64,000 nucleotides of DNA from Vicugna vicugna (GCA_013265495.1 MU058791.1:374001-438000), one strand, 5' to 3'; shown: positions 1-12,661, counted from the first letter of the stretch. Notes: a model not told the origin generated them from the letters alone. A program made the numbers and translations.

Positions 1-44
1 TTCTTCCATTCTTTTGTTTTCCACTTTCTCCAGACATTGTTCTT

Positions 45-1245
45 CTAAGCTACCTAATGCTCCATCCACTGGATATTAGAACTGTATGAGCCTTTAAGGA
101 TGGTACTTTGTAAATTGATATAAAGACACTAAAATGGTATCAAACTTCTTTGAAAACAAATGCCCCATATTTTGGTCATCTTGGTTAAAAAACAGTTGGA
201 AATCTTTAATCAAAATATTCAACAAGTTAAGTGAAAAAAAATAATAAAGCAGCTTTTGATGTTTTCAGCAAATTGCACTTATTGAAAACAAAAATTAAAA
301 CACATCCCTACCAAAAAAACCAAAAAAAACCCCCCACATCCCTACAAAAGAAACTGAACAAATTACATGATGAGGGCTCAGATAACATAGAAGAGTTTTG
401 ACAGTCTGTGATTATGCTTTGGAATAACTCAACCTGTGGGCGGTGTCTTGGTGGAGCTCCTATTTTTAATTGGATAATTTTATGTCCATTATGCAGTATT
501 CAAATGTTGAGAAACATTTAAAATGTCATCAGTAGAGACAATTTATTTGACAAGGTTTGTCTTTTCTAAGTACTCATCAAAGAAAGGTAGTATTTATCCA
601 AGAAAGAGAGCAAAATGACAGTAAATATTAAAATAATACTTGGGCTGAAATACTTACGTATTTTGATTTAAAGTTGACAATGTAGAATATTTCTGTTTAG
701 CAGGATTTGCCCTGAATGTACTAGGTGTTGAAGCACTTATAGAGAGAGCATTTTCCAAGTTAAAAACATCATAGTTAACAGCGAAGATTCTATTGAAGGT
801 GTCCACAGTTTCAAACTTAGTGATTGTAAATTGTAACTTTGAAGATTATAAGCAACGTTATAAAAACTGAAAATGAAAAATCCACATAGAAAAAAGTGAA
901 TTCTTCAGATCTGGATTTGGAGACGGATATGGATTTAAAATTGATTACAATACGTGAATATGTGCTAAGAATAATTATTCTGCTTGCAGTATTTTCTGAT
1001 ATTCAGGCAATCAACAGAAAAAAGGTTAAAAAATCTTTTAACATACATGGATAATAGTTATTTTAATTTTTTTGGAAATAAGTTCATTTTAAAAAATAGT
1101 TATTAAGCAAAATTCTTTTTATAGGCCAAACAATGTGATAAACCAGTTGTCATTCCATAAATAAAAATGTCAGGCATTATTTGGTTCTATTAACTTCGGT
1201 GGCTTCTTTCACTCTCTGAATGGCCTGGTTGGATACTAACTTATG
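45..1245 (+). mobile_element. hAT DNA transposon fossil (Blackjack-like) with degraded transposase C-terminal half
   Basis: 697-870 reads LAGFALNVLGVEALIERAFSKLKTS*LTAKILLKVSTVSNLVIVNCNFEDY, a hAT C-terminal dimerisation motif (xERxFS). SIHWILELYEPLR occurs near 61-100. Sequence near 1220-1245 resembles the Blackjack/MER94 terminus. Confidence 0.75.
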
Positions 1246-1269
1246 CAACAGTTTTTGCCATGATACTCC

Positions 1270-1758
1270 TTTTTTTTTTTTGTATTGAAGTATGGCTCAT
1301 TTAAAATGTTGTGTTAGTTTCTGGTGTACAGCAGAGTGGTTTGGTTTTATATATATAAATATACATATATATATATGTATAATTTTTCAGAATGTTTCCA
1401 ATATAGGTTATTACAAGATATTGAATATAGTTCCCAGTGCTCTACAGTAGGATCTTGTGGTTCATCTACTTTATATATAGGAGTGTGTATCTGTTAATCC
1501 CAAATCCCTAATTTACCCGCCCTTTTCCCCTTTGGCAATCATAAGTTTGTTGTCTATTTCTGTCTTGTAAATAAGTTCATTTGTATTATTTTTCTTACAT
1601 TCCACATATAAGTGATATCATATGATTTTGTCTTTGTCTGACTTGATAATCTGATCAATGATAATCTCTAGACATCCATGTTGCTGGAAATGGCAAAATT
1701 TCATTCTTCTTTATGGCTGATTAGTATTCCATTGTATATCTATACACATCTTCTTTTG
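1270..1758 (-). mobile_element. L1 3' end (artiodactyl-type), 5'-truncated
   Basis: Poly-T followed by the antisense L1 3' UTR (ttgaagtat...tgttgtgttagtttctggtgtacagc...). Probable TSD TGATACTC at 1261 and 1759. Confidence 0.85.
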
Positions 1759-4700
1759 TGATACTCTTTCTTAACCTGCCTTCTCTCTAGGAATAAAACC
1801 AGTCCTTCATGTCTTTTTTCACTGTCCCATTTATAAATGATTTTATCATACTCCTTCTGCTCTTACTTGCTCACACATCTTGTTCCTCTAACTGTAAGTT
1901 CCCTCAGAACATTGTCTCTATTATTTGTGCATTCTCAAGGTTTATCCCAATGCCTGGTCCATAATAATGATTATTAAGCAAATGAATTTAGCAATCTAAG
2001 GTGGTTTTTGTAGAACACCCTAATAAGCTAACCTATCTGTAAACATTTGTATTCAACATCATACCTTGTTTTTCATCACCCCTCCAATAACCATTTATTC
2101 GGACCCCTGGTGACTAAGCACATGAGACTGAAAGCATTTCAGGGCAGCTACACATGAGATTTTCACTCATAATGGATGCAGGAGTGAACTCTAAAAGGGG
2201 TGAGGTTGCACTGCATACAGATTTGACATCTACCTTTAAAACAAACCAATGATGCATAAGGAAGATGCATCATTAAAGAAGGGGAATTTCTTGTCTGCAT
2301 GAATGTGATGTATGCAGGTGTCACTGATACACAAACCACAGAGGTCACTGGCTGGTCTGTAAGTCTTACAAGAAGTTGGAGAGGCTTCTGTCCAGGGACC
2401 GGGCTGTAGCAGAAAGGGTTTTTTAATACAGTGATGTTTTAAGAAACCCTCATTCTCCCTGGAAGAGTGGAGTTCCCTTAGTCAGCAGAAGCTTTCGATG
2501 TACCAGTGACGTCTGTCCATCTCTGTGGGATCAGAAGGGATGGGGCGGAGGCAGTGTGGGGAGAGAAATTGTGTCGTGTCAGACATGGAGTCAGTGCATT
2601 AGGAAGTCAGCATCTCAGAAGTGCCAAACAGAACACTTCCTGCTGACTTAAGCCAAGTTCTTTGGAAGAAGGGACTCCAGCTATTTTAGGTTATAAACCC
2701 TTGGTCCTTAAAGAGGGTGGCCAAATCTTTTAGACATTCCTGAGATTAGAGATTATTAATTCATGTGTCTAAATACTTAAAAACATGCAAATAATGGGAT
2801 TGTTCTAAAGTGACATTTAAATGAGTGCTCATTTTAAAAATTACATCACTATGTGGCTTGAACAAGTTAGCATGTAAAGATGATACAATCTGTCAGCTTC
2901 TTGTGTAAATATATGTCACTTTCTCATTTATCATCCTTATAATGAAAAGAAAAATCTAAGAGAATATATTCAGAAGATATTGGGGATTGGTGGAAAAAAT
3001 TTTCAAATCATGGTGCTTTTTATTTATTTGGGGTTTGGGGTTGTGGGGGGGTTTGTTTTGTTTTGTTTTTGGTGTCTAGGTCTCTAAATTCTGGAAATAC
3101 AGGCAATCTGAAATAGGTTACCTTTTACTTTGTAAAATAAATATTTATCTAGGGTGATTAATATGTAATACTCCAGGTAGAAGTGGGGATGGTGTCGCTG
3201 TCTCCTGAGATTCCAAAAAGGACTATAAGTGAACCAAGTTTTTAAAGGTGCCTGAAGCGTTGAACCTTGTCTTTGAAGGTTATCTAAAAACAGTCATTGC
3301 TAACTTCACTGTACCAGAACTGTGACCTTTAGTGTAGACACGTGTTAGAACTATTTAGAAACATAAGACATGCCTCAGTTTTAGCATCTTTTTCAAGGAC
3401 TCGGTGCTAAGGATTGTCCCCTCCCATTTGGAAGAGCCACCAGAAATCAATAACCACACTATTAACTTTGCTCAAATATCCACCTTCCCAAGAAGTGTGT
3501 TTACTGAACTGAGTAAATTAACCCAGGCCCCTTATGAAGAGCCTGAGTTGCTCATCGTTTGTTTCCAGGAATAGTTCTCCAGCCACTGAATTATGCAAAT
3601 TTATATTCGGAAGAGTCATCCCCGGCCCCTCTCTGCAGTGACTCACTGTCTTCAGTTCTCAGTCATCCCAGGCTTGATTTACAGGGAGGAGATGGTGTTT
3701 TCGAGTAATGGAAACAAAGTTATGGAAGATGAAGGGCTGGTGGGTGCCCAGAGGTGGATGGACCTGTACCTTGAGAACAGCTGAGTGGGCGGAAATAAGA
3801 ATTTCAGACACTTCAGGGAAGTTTTGCAGGAGATGATGAGGGCTAGGCTGCTTTTGCCCTTCAAATGTATCTTCTTTTGTTCCATCACCTCCCAGCTACA
3901 GCCCCCTCACCCCCACCCACTCTGCATATGATCCAGAGAGCTGGTGCATTCCCCCTGCAGAGGGAGAATCAGCTTTTTGGGTTAGAGTAACAATGAGTAA
4001 CAGCGAGTAACAGCCAGACCCCTGCAGTGGCAGTTACACAGGGACGGCTTGTTTCTAAGGTCCGATCTGCCTATTTAGAAGTTAACATTGTTCACACATC
4101 GAAATTTATATCATTTTTGCCAGTTACATATATGGAAGTATTATGGGCTGGATGAGGTTAGTTCCTATGTGCTGATGTGGGGTGGTTGTGAAGGCACAGT
4201 GTTAATGAATAAGCATTGTGCATAACATTACGTAGCATGTGCTCTTCTTTATGGTTTTAAACAAGATCACACAGGTTAGGTAGACACATATATGCTTATA
4301 TGTACAGGAAGTCCCTGGAGGAATATTCTGAAAACTGCTAGGAGTTGATTCTTGGAGGAGAGCATGGGTATTTAGGAAGAAAACTTATTTTTTAATAAAT
4401 ACCCTCATATACTATTTGAATTTCTTTTTTTAACCATTTTTGTTTTTAAATTAAAGGATCCCATTTGTACTTATTCCCAGGGTTTTAAGACTTCCTTATA
4501 AACCTCCTACAGATCTTTAAGAGCCTTTGGGTCCTTTAGCAGACTGGATCTTTCCCTGCCAAACTAGAATAGTAATTATTTTGCTTCCACCAATAATTTT
4601 TACAGCATTGAGAATCGATTGTCAATATGACAGCAAATTCTATCTTTCTGACATAATCAGAGCCGAAATCTTCCTCCGTGAAGATGTGATTGAGCTAGAG

Positions 4701-5587
4701 GCAGTTACATTGATGCATAATATCAGACCCTAAATGAGAAAAGATCTGGTGCAGTGCATTTTCAGAACAGATTCATTTTTAATATCAGCCTTCGTTCTGA
4801 GCCCTTAATGATTTGGGTCTTTAATTATCTCACTGAACCATTTGTATTGGTTCAGGATCAGCTTTTCTTTTTGATTTATTGAGTCGATGCTCAGGAAAAA
4901 ATGTTGCACCATCTATTTTGACAAAGAGCCTTTCAGCACGACACCGCCTGTGTTGTGCCCTTAAAATTGTGTGCCAGAAATGTTTGCATCTGTTCTCTCT
5001 CTCCTGAGTTTTACATTTGCAGTAGATTAAAGATGCTGTTTAATCTCCATTAGGACTTTAATATATGATTATGGAACCTTTGTGAATTTATGAGCATCCA
5101 ATTTTGTTGTCATGTGAGATGGTTGATGTCTGGCTGGGACTGGTGCCTCAGTCTTAACAGAATTATATTTTCTCATGATCAAATCACTAGACTAAACCGA
5201 AGGCCTCTGTGTGTATACAGCATAGGAGTGTCCAAACCAAAGATCTTAGGCATCGGGCTAGAACAGGAGACCACATTTGCCCCAGTGCAAGCAAGGGAGT
5301 GAGCAGATGATGAAATACAGGCCTGTTCTCTTGATTCTGGAGATGAATAAAGAGGGGAACACTGAAGGTAGCAGCTGCTGGGGGCTGCCAGAGGCACAAA
5401 GCTTGGCTTTCCCATTGAAGAACTGGATGCTGTAGCAAACTGTGCTCTTCTGACAATTACCCTCATGTTCCTCCTGACAACGTCTCAGGAACATCTCGGC
5501 TCCTTAGCCCAAGAACAGTGTGTTTCAGTTCTTGTGATTTTGAGACTTTTGTGACTTTGAGCCTGGCCATAGGTACATTTGATTAAT

Positions 5588-5589
5588 CA

Positions 5590-5620
<31 letters not shown>

Positions 5621-5622
5621 GC
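5588..5622. repeat. Compound microsatellite (CA)9(CG)8
   Basis: Read directly. Confidence 0.95.
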
Positions 5623-7873
5623 CTCTGATGGGTTAAAATTGGTTGAAAACTAATTCCTGCTCACCAGAAATGGACATGATGAAAATCAGTTGGGGATTAA
5701 GGTAAATGCAGTATCATTTCAATCCAGGCTCTGCTCAGAAAGGATCTTCATGTTCTCATTCTGTTTTGTCAGGTCAGAAAACACCATGGTGATGCATATC
5801 CTCTTCTTTTCCAGAGTAGCCCTTCAGGGGCTGTTTAGTTCCTTCCCGACCTGACATCGCTCCTGGCCACTAGGTGTATGGGTGGCCTGTGGCTCAGTTG
5901 GCAGAGCTCCCTTTGGCAGGAAAGACTGACTCAGTGTAATGGCATCTGGCCACACATATCTGCTTTCATCCTTTAAAAACAAAAAAAATCAACAGTTGAT
6001 TGATTTAAGAATAAACACAAACCAATCACTAATTGCTAACCTGTTTGGCTTCTCAAAGATGAATCATGAAGAAAAAGATCTTAAAAATTACAAGCAACTC
6101 AGCAGAATTCGGTGCCTTCATATTACAGCTTCAGTATTGGTAGTTGTCCCTGCCGTGTTTGGGAAGAAAACTCATCCAGAATCCCGTAGGCACACAGGTC
6201 AGGGAGGTGGTGCTAGAATTCCTTTAATTTCCAAAACGCTTACAGCTTTTGCTTGTCCTCAGATGTCTCTATCATGAGTGATATCCTTTCAGATTTTTTA
6301 GGAGACTGTTTACGCTTCTGAGGAGAGGAAGCACTGAGTTCCCTTCTTAACCATCTTATATAACCCTTTAGAAGAGCGGGCTAATGCCCTCCCCCAGCTT
6401 GCCTTCCTGCTTCCGACAACTTGGGTTAAACTGAAAAGAAGAGAGATTATGACCACTGTATGGGGTGACTCTATTTTTCCCCTGAGGAGGGTTCCCTAGC
6501 AACCAACTTCCATAATTTACTCACATCTCCTCTCCTACCCACCCCCGCCCCTTTCAAACAGCTTCATGTCTATTGGTTACACATACTCATTGACCAAAGT
6601 ATACTCTTTAATAACCTACTTCTCCTCGTGGCAGTTTGACAGCCTGCTTCATAAAGAGGTTTGACTTCTCTCCCACCCCGATCTAAAATTTAAAATACAG
6701 TTGAACAGAAAACTCAGTTAAAAACCAGATATAAAGTGGTTTCCTCACAAAAGCATAGATACTAGGAAGGGGCTTGAACTGAGCCTACTATATATAACTC
6801 TAAAAGTCTTTACGTTTAGTTTAACATTAAGTAGAAACCAAATGAAGCTTACGTTTTGTCATTTTTATGGCGCATTCTGATTCAGGGGTTCACAATTTCA
6901 TTGAAGATTAAAAGTAAACAAGACATTAATGCACAGAGAACTCTCCGATGTGCAGAGATCATGGATGCTGAGAGATATTTAGATAGTTTTACAATTTGGT
7001 CTTGACAGTAGCTCCGCCCTGTACTCTGTGCACTGAGGACTGGTCGGTTCTTTCTGATGTCCGTTTGGACCTGTTAGCTTCACTCAGGTGTCGCCACGAT
7101 CACAGGGGTTACGTGACCATAGACCTGATGAGAGTCATGGGGAACTGGCAGAAATCTACGAGAGCCCCCGTGTATCAAGCACTTCTGTGCCAGTCACTGT
7201 TCCACGCACTGTTTGTACACTGTCTCTTTTAATATCTCAGTGCCTGTTCCTGAAGGCAACTCAAGTCCCATCTCCCCGTGATAAGAGGTCAACATCATTG
7301 CTTCGTGATGCAAACGATCACACCTGTGTGGCTGAACCACTCATTCTGGAAACAAGAAAGAGGGTGTCAGGAAACTTCTTCTTCCTTTCCCCCCAGATTC
7401 TTGAAGACTGTCTTCAGAGTGATGCTTGAAACAGACAAAGGTCCAAGGTGGATAGGGCCATCCCGAAATTGGGCTGATGCATGAAATAGATGTTAGAAGC
7501 AGAGACATTGAACAGATGGGAAGGCAGTCCAGTGACAGTATGAATGGACATTTGTGAAAGGTGATGGAAAGCCTATGGACAAAAGGGGTTAGAGATCTGG
7601 CATAGGGCCCCGTTTCTCTGCAGTTTAATGTGCGACATTAAGTTCTGTGAATAAAATGAAGAGGAGGAGAGGGACACCTTCCATAACCAAATCAATGTTT
7701 GCATCCTGTGAGTGTCGATGGAAATTGATGCTGACTCCTCCGTAGCTGTGGGACCACCCTGGCCTTTCGGTCTAGCTCACTTGGGTGCCTGTCACTGACA
7801 TAGTTCAGTAGTGTCACGTTTGACTCCAAAGAGAGATGAGACAGGCCTGGCTGCTCCTGTTTTGCTCGTTTTT

Positions 7874-7917
7874 AAAAAGTTATTTTGATTGAAGTATAGT
7901 TGATTTACAGTGTTGTG
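7874..7917 (-). mobile_element. Very short L1 3' tip
   Basis: ttgaagtatagttgatttacagtgttgtg flanked by near-TSD ttgctc(g/a)ttttt at 7862 and 7918. Confidence 0.65.
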
Positions 7918-8299
7918 TTGCTCATTTTTTTTTTTAAAGTAAAGTTATTTAAATCAAATGGTTGAGCTCTTTTCCTTTGTGATAAAGAGCCATGTTAACA
8001 AGGTACCTGTTTGATTTCATGCATTGGTAATTTTATTTCCCCTTCATAGCTATTTCTGTATTTTGATACAGCTGTTCAGTTCAGCTGCAAAACTAGCCCA
8101 TTCAATCACCTGGTAGTAGAGTGTGGCCTGTTTCTTGCTGACTGGAATAGAGGCTGTTAGTACATGGTGATTTGTGTGATGTGTGATACTGATGCAAGAC
8201 GAGTAAGGGGACAGAAGGGAGAGCTCGGAAAATAGACCCCCTTCCCAGTTACAAACTCATGTGTGTATCAGAATACACACACACACAATTTGGTATGTG

Positions 8300-8762
8300 T
8301 TAAAGAAAATATTTCAGACCAATGTGGATGGTAGATTGTTTAATAAATAGTGCTAGTGATTTAGGAAATAAACAGATCTCTACCTTGCTTCTTCACAAAA
8401 AATAAATTCTAGTTGTCCCAAAGATACAATTGTAAAATAATGAAATAATAAAATACTAAATATCATACTACTTTTTATCACACTGAGTTGTGAAACCCTT
8501 TCTAAGCTTGATCTAAAACTCAGAAGCCGTGGAGAATAATATTGATAACTTTGACTACATGAAAATAAGACATAAAAGCTTCTTATGGCTGAAAGCAATT
8601 TAAAAAGTAGAGGGCAACAGGAAAAAAATATTTGCAAAACACATAACTGACCAAGTGTTAATTTTTGTATTAATTAAGGTGCAAATCAACAAGAAAGGTG
8701 CAAGCCATTTAAATAGAAAAATGGGCAAGAGACAGAACTAGCAATTTCCAGAAGAGAAATGC
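8300..8762 (+). mobile_element. Ancient L1 (L1ME-like) ORF2 3' fragment
   Basis: A-rich degraded L1 motifs (tttaataaatagtgct, aaaataaattct, aaaatgggcaagagacagaac...ttccagaagagaaat). Confidence 0.6.
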
Positions 8763-8959
8763 ATTCATTGTCTCAGTGCATAGGGACTGAGCATCACCTG
8801 CCGTGTTAGGGGCTGGGAATTAGCAGTGAGCATGGCTGTCATCCTGCCCCGTGGAGCTTACATTCTCGTGGGGTAACACAATAAACACAACATAAATGCA
8901 TTAGCGAGAAAATAGCACATTGGTTAAGTGGTATGGGGTGACATGACAGTGTATCAACT

Positions 8960-9305
8960 GTGTATTTCTGAAGTTTTGACATCTTGGGCCCTTGCTGGAG
9001 AGATGGCCCCTCCCAGCATTTGCCAATTCCTAGAGATCATACAGGATCACCTGTAGTCACGCCATCTGTATTCAGACCAGCCCATCCAGAGCCCACCCCC
9101 TAACTGCCTCCTCCCCCATGGGGATCTTACTCTCAGGAACATTACTCCTCTCACCCCTGATCCCCCAGGGCAGATAATTTTAGACAGTCCATACAGCCTA
9201 GAAATTAGCAAACTAAAATGATTCATCACTGAAATTATTCAGACTAGCCAATCCTAAACCTGCTTGCTCTGCCTCGCCCATTCCCTCCACGACCCCTGTA
9301 ATAAT
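8960..9305 (+). mobile_element. ERV1 solo LTR fragment, MER39-like
   Basis: Contains ttttgacatcttgggcccttgct...cccctcccag...gccaattcctagagat and ctgaaattattcagactagccaatcctaaacctgctt, matching the recalled MER39 consensus. Confidence 0.7.
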
Positions 9306-10135
9306 GGGTGATTTATTTTTTTATATTTATATATATGTATATTTATCTATAGTTTTATACAATTACTATGTGTTATTTAATGCTTTAAAATTTTAAGAGA
9401 GTTTTTCAAGTGTTGAGCTGGCTGAACGAAAGACATGCTAGTGTATTCCAGATTTATTCTCCTCTCTGTACCCCCTAATCCCCCTAAATTTAGTTGCCCT
9501 CATTAAAATGCCAAGGAGTTAATGTTTTCTATTTGAAAAAATAAGTTTTGTAATGACTGGGTATTACAGGACTCATTCAGTTACAAGTATTAGCTACCCA
9601 ATTCACACTGGATTAAGCACAAAGTATTGCTTCAAAATTAAAAGTCAACAGGGGTAAAACTCGCTTTTGACACAATTGGATTTCAGTCCAAATCTGTTTC
9701 CATCCTTTGGTTCTGTGTCCTCTTGGGTTCTTTATTTTCTTAGGCAGTTCTTCCAGCTGATAGTGCTAGACTCATCTCTTTACGCTGTAGAAGAACTCTC
9801 CTTTTCCCCAAAGTTCCAGCAGAAGGCAGGGCAGGAACTCATTGCCTGCTTGTCCCTTAGTCACCCTCTTGAATGCCAGGCACTGGGACAGAGCAACGGC
9901 TGTGGTTTCCATCACTGCAGGGTTGGGACTAGGGTCCTGGCCTGAACTTGCCTGGCCTTTGCCAAAGCTCCCATCCTAGAGACTCGGCCCAAACCCTGCC
10001 CCAATCACGAGCTAAGATTCTATTTCCAATTGGGTGGGTTCCCTGACCTACCCAGACCTGGCCCCCTGAGTACTGACTTCCTGGATCCTGCCCCATCTCA
10101 CTCTCTTAGACACTGACATTTAGATGTTGGCTTCT

Positions 10136-10598
10136 GTATTCGTTCCTTGTTGCTGCTAAAACAAATCACCACAAAACTGGTGACTGAAAACGACACATAT
10201 ATTATCTTACAGTTCTAGAGATGAGATGTCCTAAATGAGGGTCACTAGGCTAAAACCAAAGCATCAGCAGGGCTGCGTTCCTCCTGGAGGGGCCAGCGGA
10301 GAATCTGATTTGTTGCCTTTTCCAGCTTCTGGAGACCACCAACCCCTCTTGGTTCCCAGCCCCTTCCTCCACCAGTGTAACATCCTCCCCTCTCTTCCAT
10401 GTTAATTCCTTCTCTGGCTCTTTTCAGGACCCTTGTGATTAAGTTGAGCCCATCTGCATATTCCAGGCTCAACGCCCCACCTCCAGATCCTTGATTTAAC
10501 CACATCTGCAAAGTCCCTTTTGGCACATCTCCTGACAGACTCTCAGGTTGTGGGAGTGAGGACATGGACAAGTTTGGGGAGCCACTGTTCTGACCACC
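10136..10598 (-). mobile_element. MaLR LTR (MLT1D/E-like)
   Basis: gctgctaaaacaaatcaccacaaa...tattatcttacagttct...cagcagggctgcgttcc...aaccacatctgcaaagtccctttt hallmark blocks. Confidence 0.8.
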
Positions 10599-12147
10599 CC
10601 AACCCCCATCCTCAGGGCCTTACCTTTAGCTTCATCCCTGCTCCCCCCTTCCCCTCCATGGTCCTGTGGCCACTGCATTATGACAACAGCATTGCTAGTT
10701 TAATTCTTTTAAGCAAAAGGTGATATTTCACATCAGATAACAGGGCACATGCTTTGGTTACTGTGGAGTGCCTTGTAGTTGTCTAAACACGCACAAGGGC
10801 GTACAGACCCCCTGACGGATGCTTTTCTTGGCAGTTATGACCACATCTTGATTACCCCTGATTGAGGTGCTGGAGTCCTGCCCACCTCTAAATGTACTGT
10901 TCTCTGATACAATCCATGCAACAATGTAGTCAATTAAAAAATAAAGGAATGTTTCATCTCTTTGGAAATCCTGCCGTATTTTTGGCCAATGAAAGAAACA
11001 TGGAGCTTGAATATTTCCCAGATTTTCTTTTCAATAAGTGTCCTGGGGTGAAAAGCATGAAAATTGCTGCTTTACAATGATCTCAGGAGTCTGAATGCCT
11101 GAAGAAATACCCATCTACTGAAGTTATATATTCATATTCATGTTCAACAGTAATTGTCTTAATAGATGAAAATGTCATTCTCTACAAGCTGTCACTTACT
11201 GACTAAATTCTACTTGTAATTCTTGATGTTCTTCATTATATTTGGAAACATAAGAACTTTCGACTCAGTAGAACAAGTAGTTCTAGTAATAAATTTCAAA
11301 TTCTTGCTTTCCTGGGAAAATGGGACTTCGAAGGAAACAGCTCATAAAGTTCTGTCAGTTTTATGTAAATACACACAGTTTGGGGTTAGAAATGGCTCCA
11401 TCTTGGCAGTGTTGGTTAATATTCCAGGATATTTATCTGTGTGGATTTTTCAGAGTGGATCAGTTCCCAGATAAGCAGTTTGTTTGTTGTTACACTAAGG
11501 TTACTTTTCACTGAATTTAGGGAAAAAATAATGCTAAATTCAATACTGTTTATAGTGAAAAACAGGCTACCTTAGGGTAAATGGTGCAGTCCCAAGGCAA
11601 GGGGTAGGAATAATACAGGGATTCACCCAGAGTTTAGAGGAAATGACAGAATTAGACTTGGGTTAAATAGTCCTAAAATTTCTCAAAATGTTTTTACCTT
11701 TTGTACGTCCTAAAACCAGAACAGTTCAGGATTGTCTAGGGACCAGGAAATGATTCTCTACTTTTAACCTCCTGGTGTGCTAGTCTTTGCTACATAAAAA
11801 GCAACGAAGATTAAGAATAGGAATCAGGGTTTAATTTCAGCAGTATTGTTAAGGTTTTTGAGACTGCCAGGATGGTTTTAAAAATCAAGAGCAAGGGAAA
11901 GATCCTCCATGCAGGCATACTTCCTGCATTTACACCAACGGTACTGAGCCTGTGGCTCTGATCTGGGTTTCGGCCAGGCATCTCTCAGGGTCTGGGGCAG
12001 CGGCAGCGGGCTGTGTTCATTTCAGCAACCAGGTGGTGTGAAAGGTCAGTAGCTTTGCAGACAGTGCTCCGGAAAAGGCTCTGGTCGTTTCAAAACCACT
12101 AAATCTGACAAAGTCCATTCAGTTTATTTGGCAAGTGTTGTTGGTTT

Positions 12148-12661
12148 TGTTACCAACCAGGGCTCTTGGACTCTTTAGTCAATAGAAATTGATAAAGGGG
12201 TCAGATGAGATATTCAGGCAAGGCTTTACTGGGAATCATGCAGCAGCACCGGGAGCAGAAACAAGTAACAGGTTCCCTTGCTCGCTCCCTGAGGTGGGAG
12301 GGGGTGAGCTAGTCACTTAAATGGGGTGAGGGTAGACGTGGGTCCAGGGGTCAGGCTGGAGGGGTGGCTTAGGTGCTCTGCCCACCCCCTTGGCGGTACT
12401 GTGTGCAGGGGTCATGCACGGTATGGTGTTTTTGCTCCTGACACCTCAGAAGTAGCAGTTAGGGTTTTGATCTTTTTGTATCTAACTGTCCACACACGCA
12501 GTTAATTTTAGTCCCTTATAGTTTCTTTGTATTTTGTTGCTGGAGGAGACCTTTGTCCTGGTGCAAGCATTGCAGCCCAGGGTCCCAGGGTCCCAGGTCC
12601 CAGGTCCCAGGTCCCAGGCCCCAGGCCCCAGGTCCCAGGTCCCAGGTCCCAGGCTGTCTCA
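12148..12661 (-). mobile_element. Complete ERV1 solo LTR (cetartiodactyl MER41-like), 514 bp
   Basis: TG...CA termini with a perfect 4-bp TSD GTTT (12144-12147 and 12662-12665). The minus strand has a degenerate TATA (catttaag) and an AGTAAA poly(A) signal. The family name is tentative. Confidence 0.8.
12576..12654. repeat. Heptamer tandem repeat (CCCAGGY), 11 units
   Basis: 2x CCCAGGGT then 9x CCCAGG(T/C), read directly. Confidence 0.95.
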
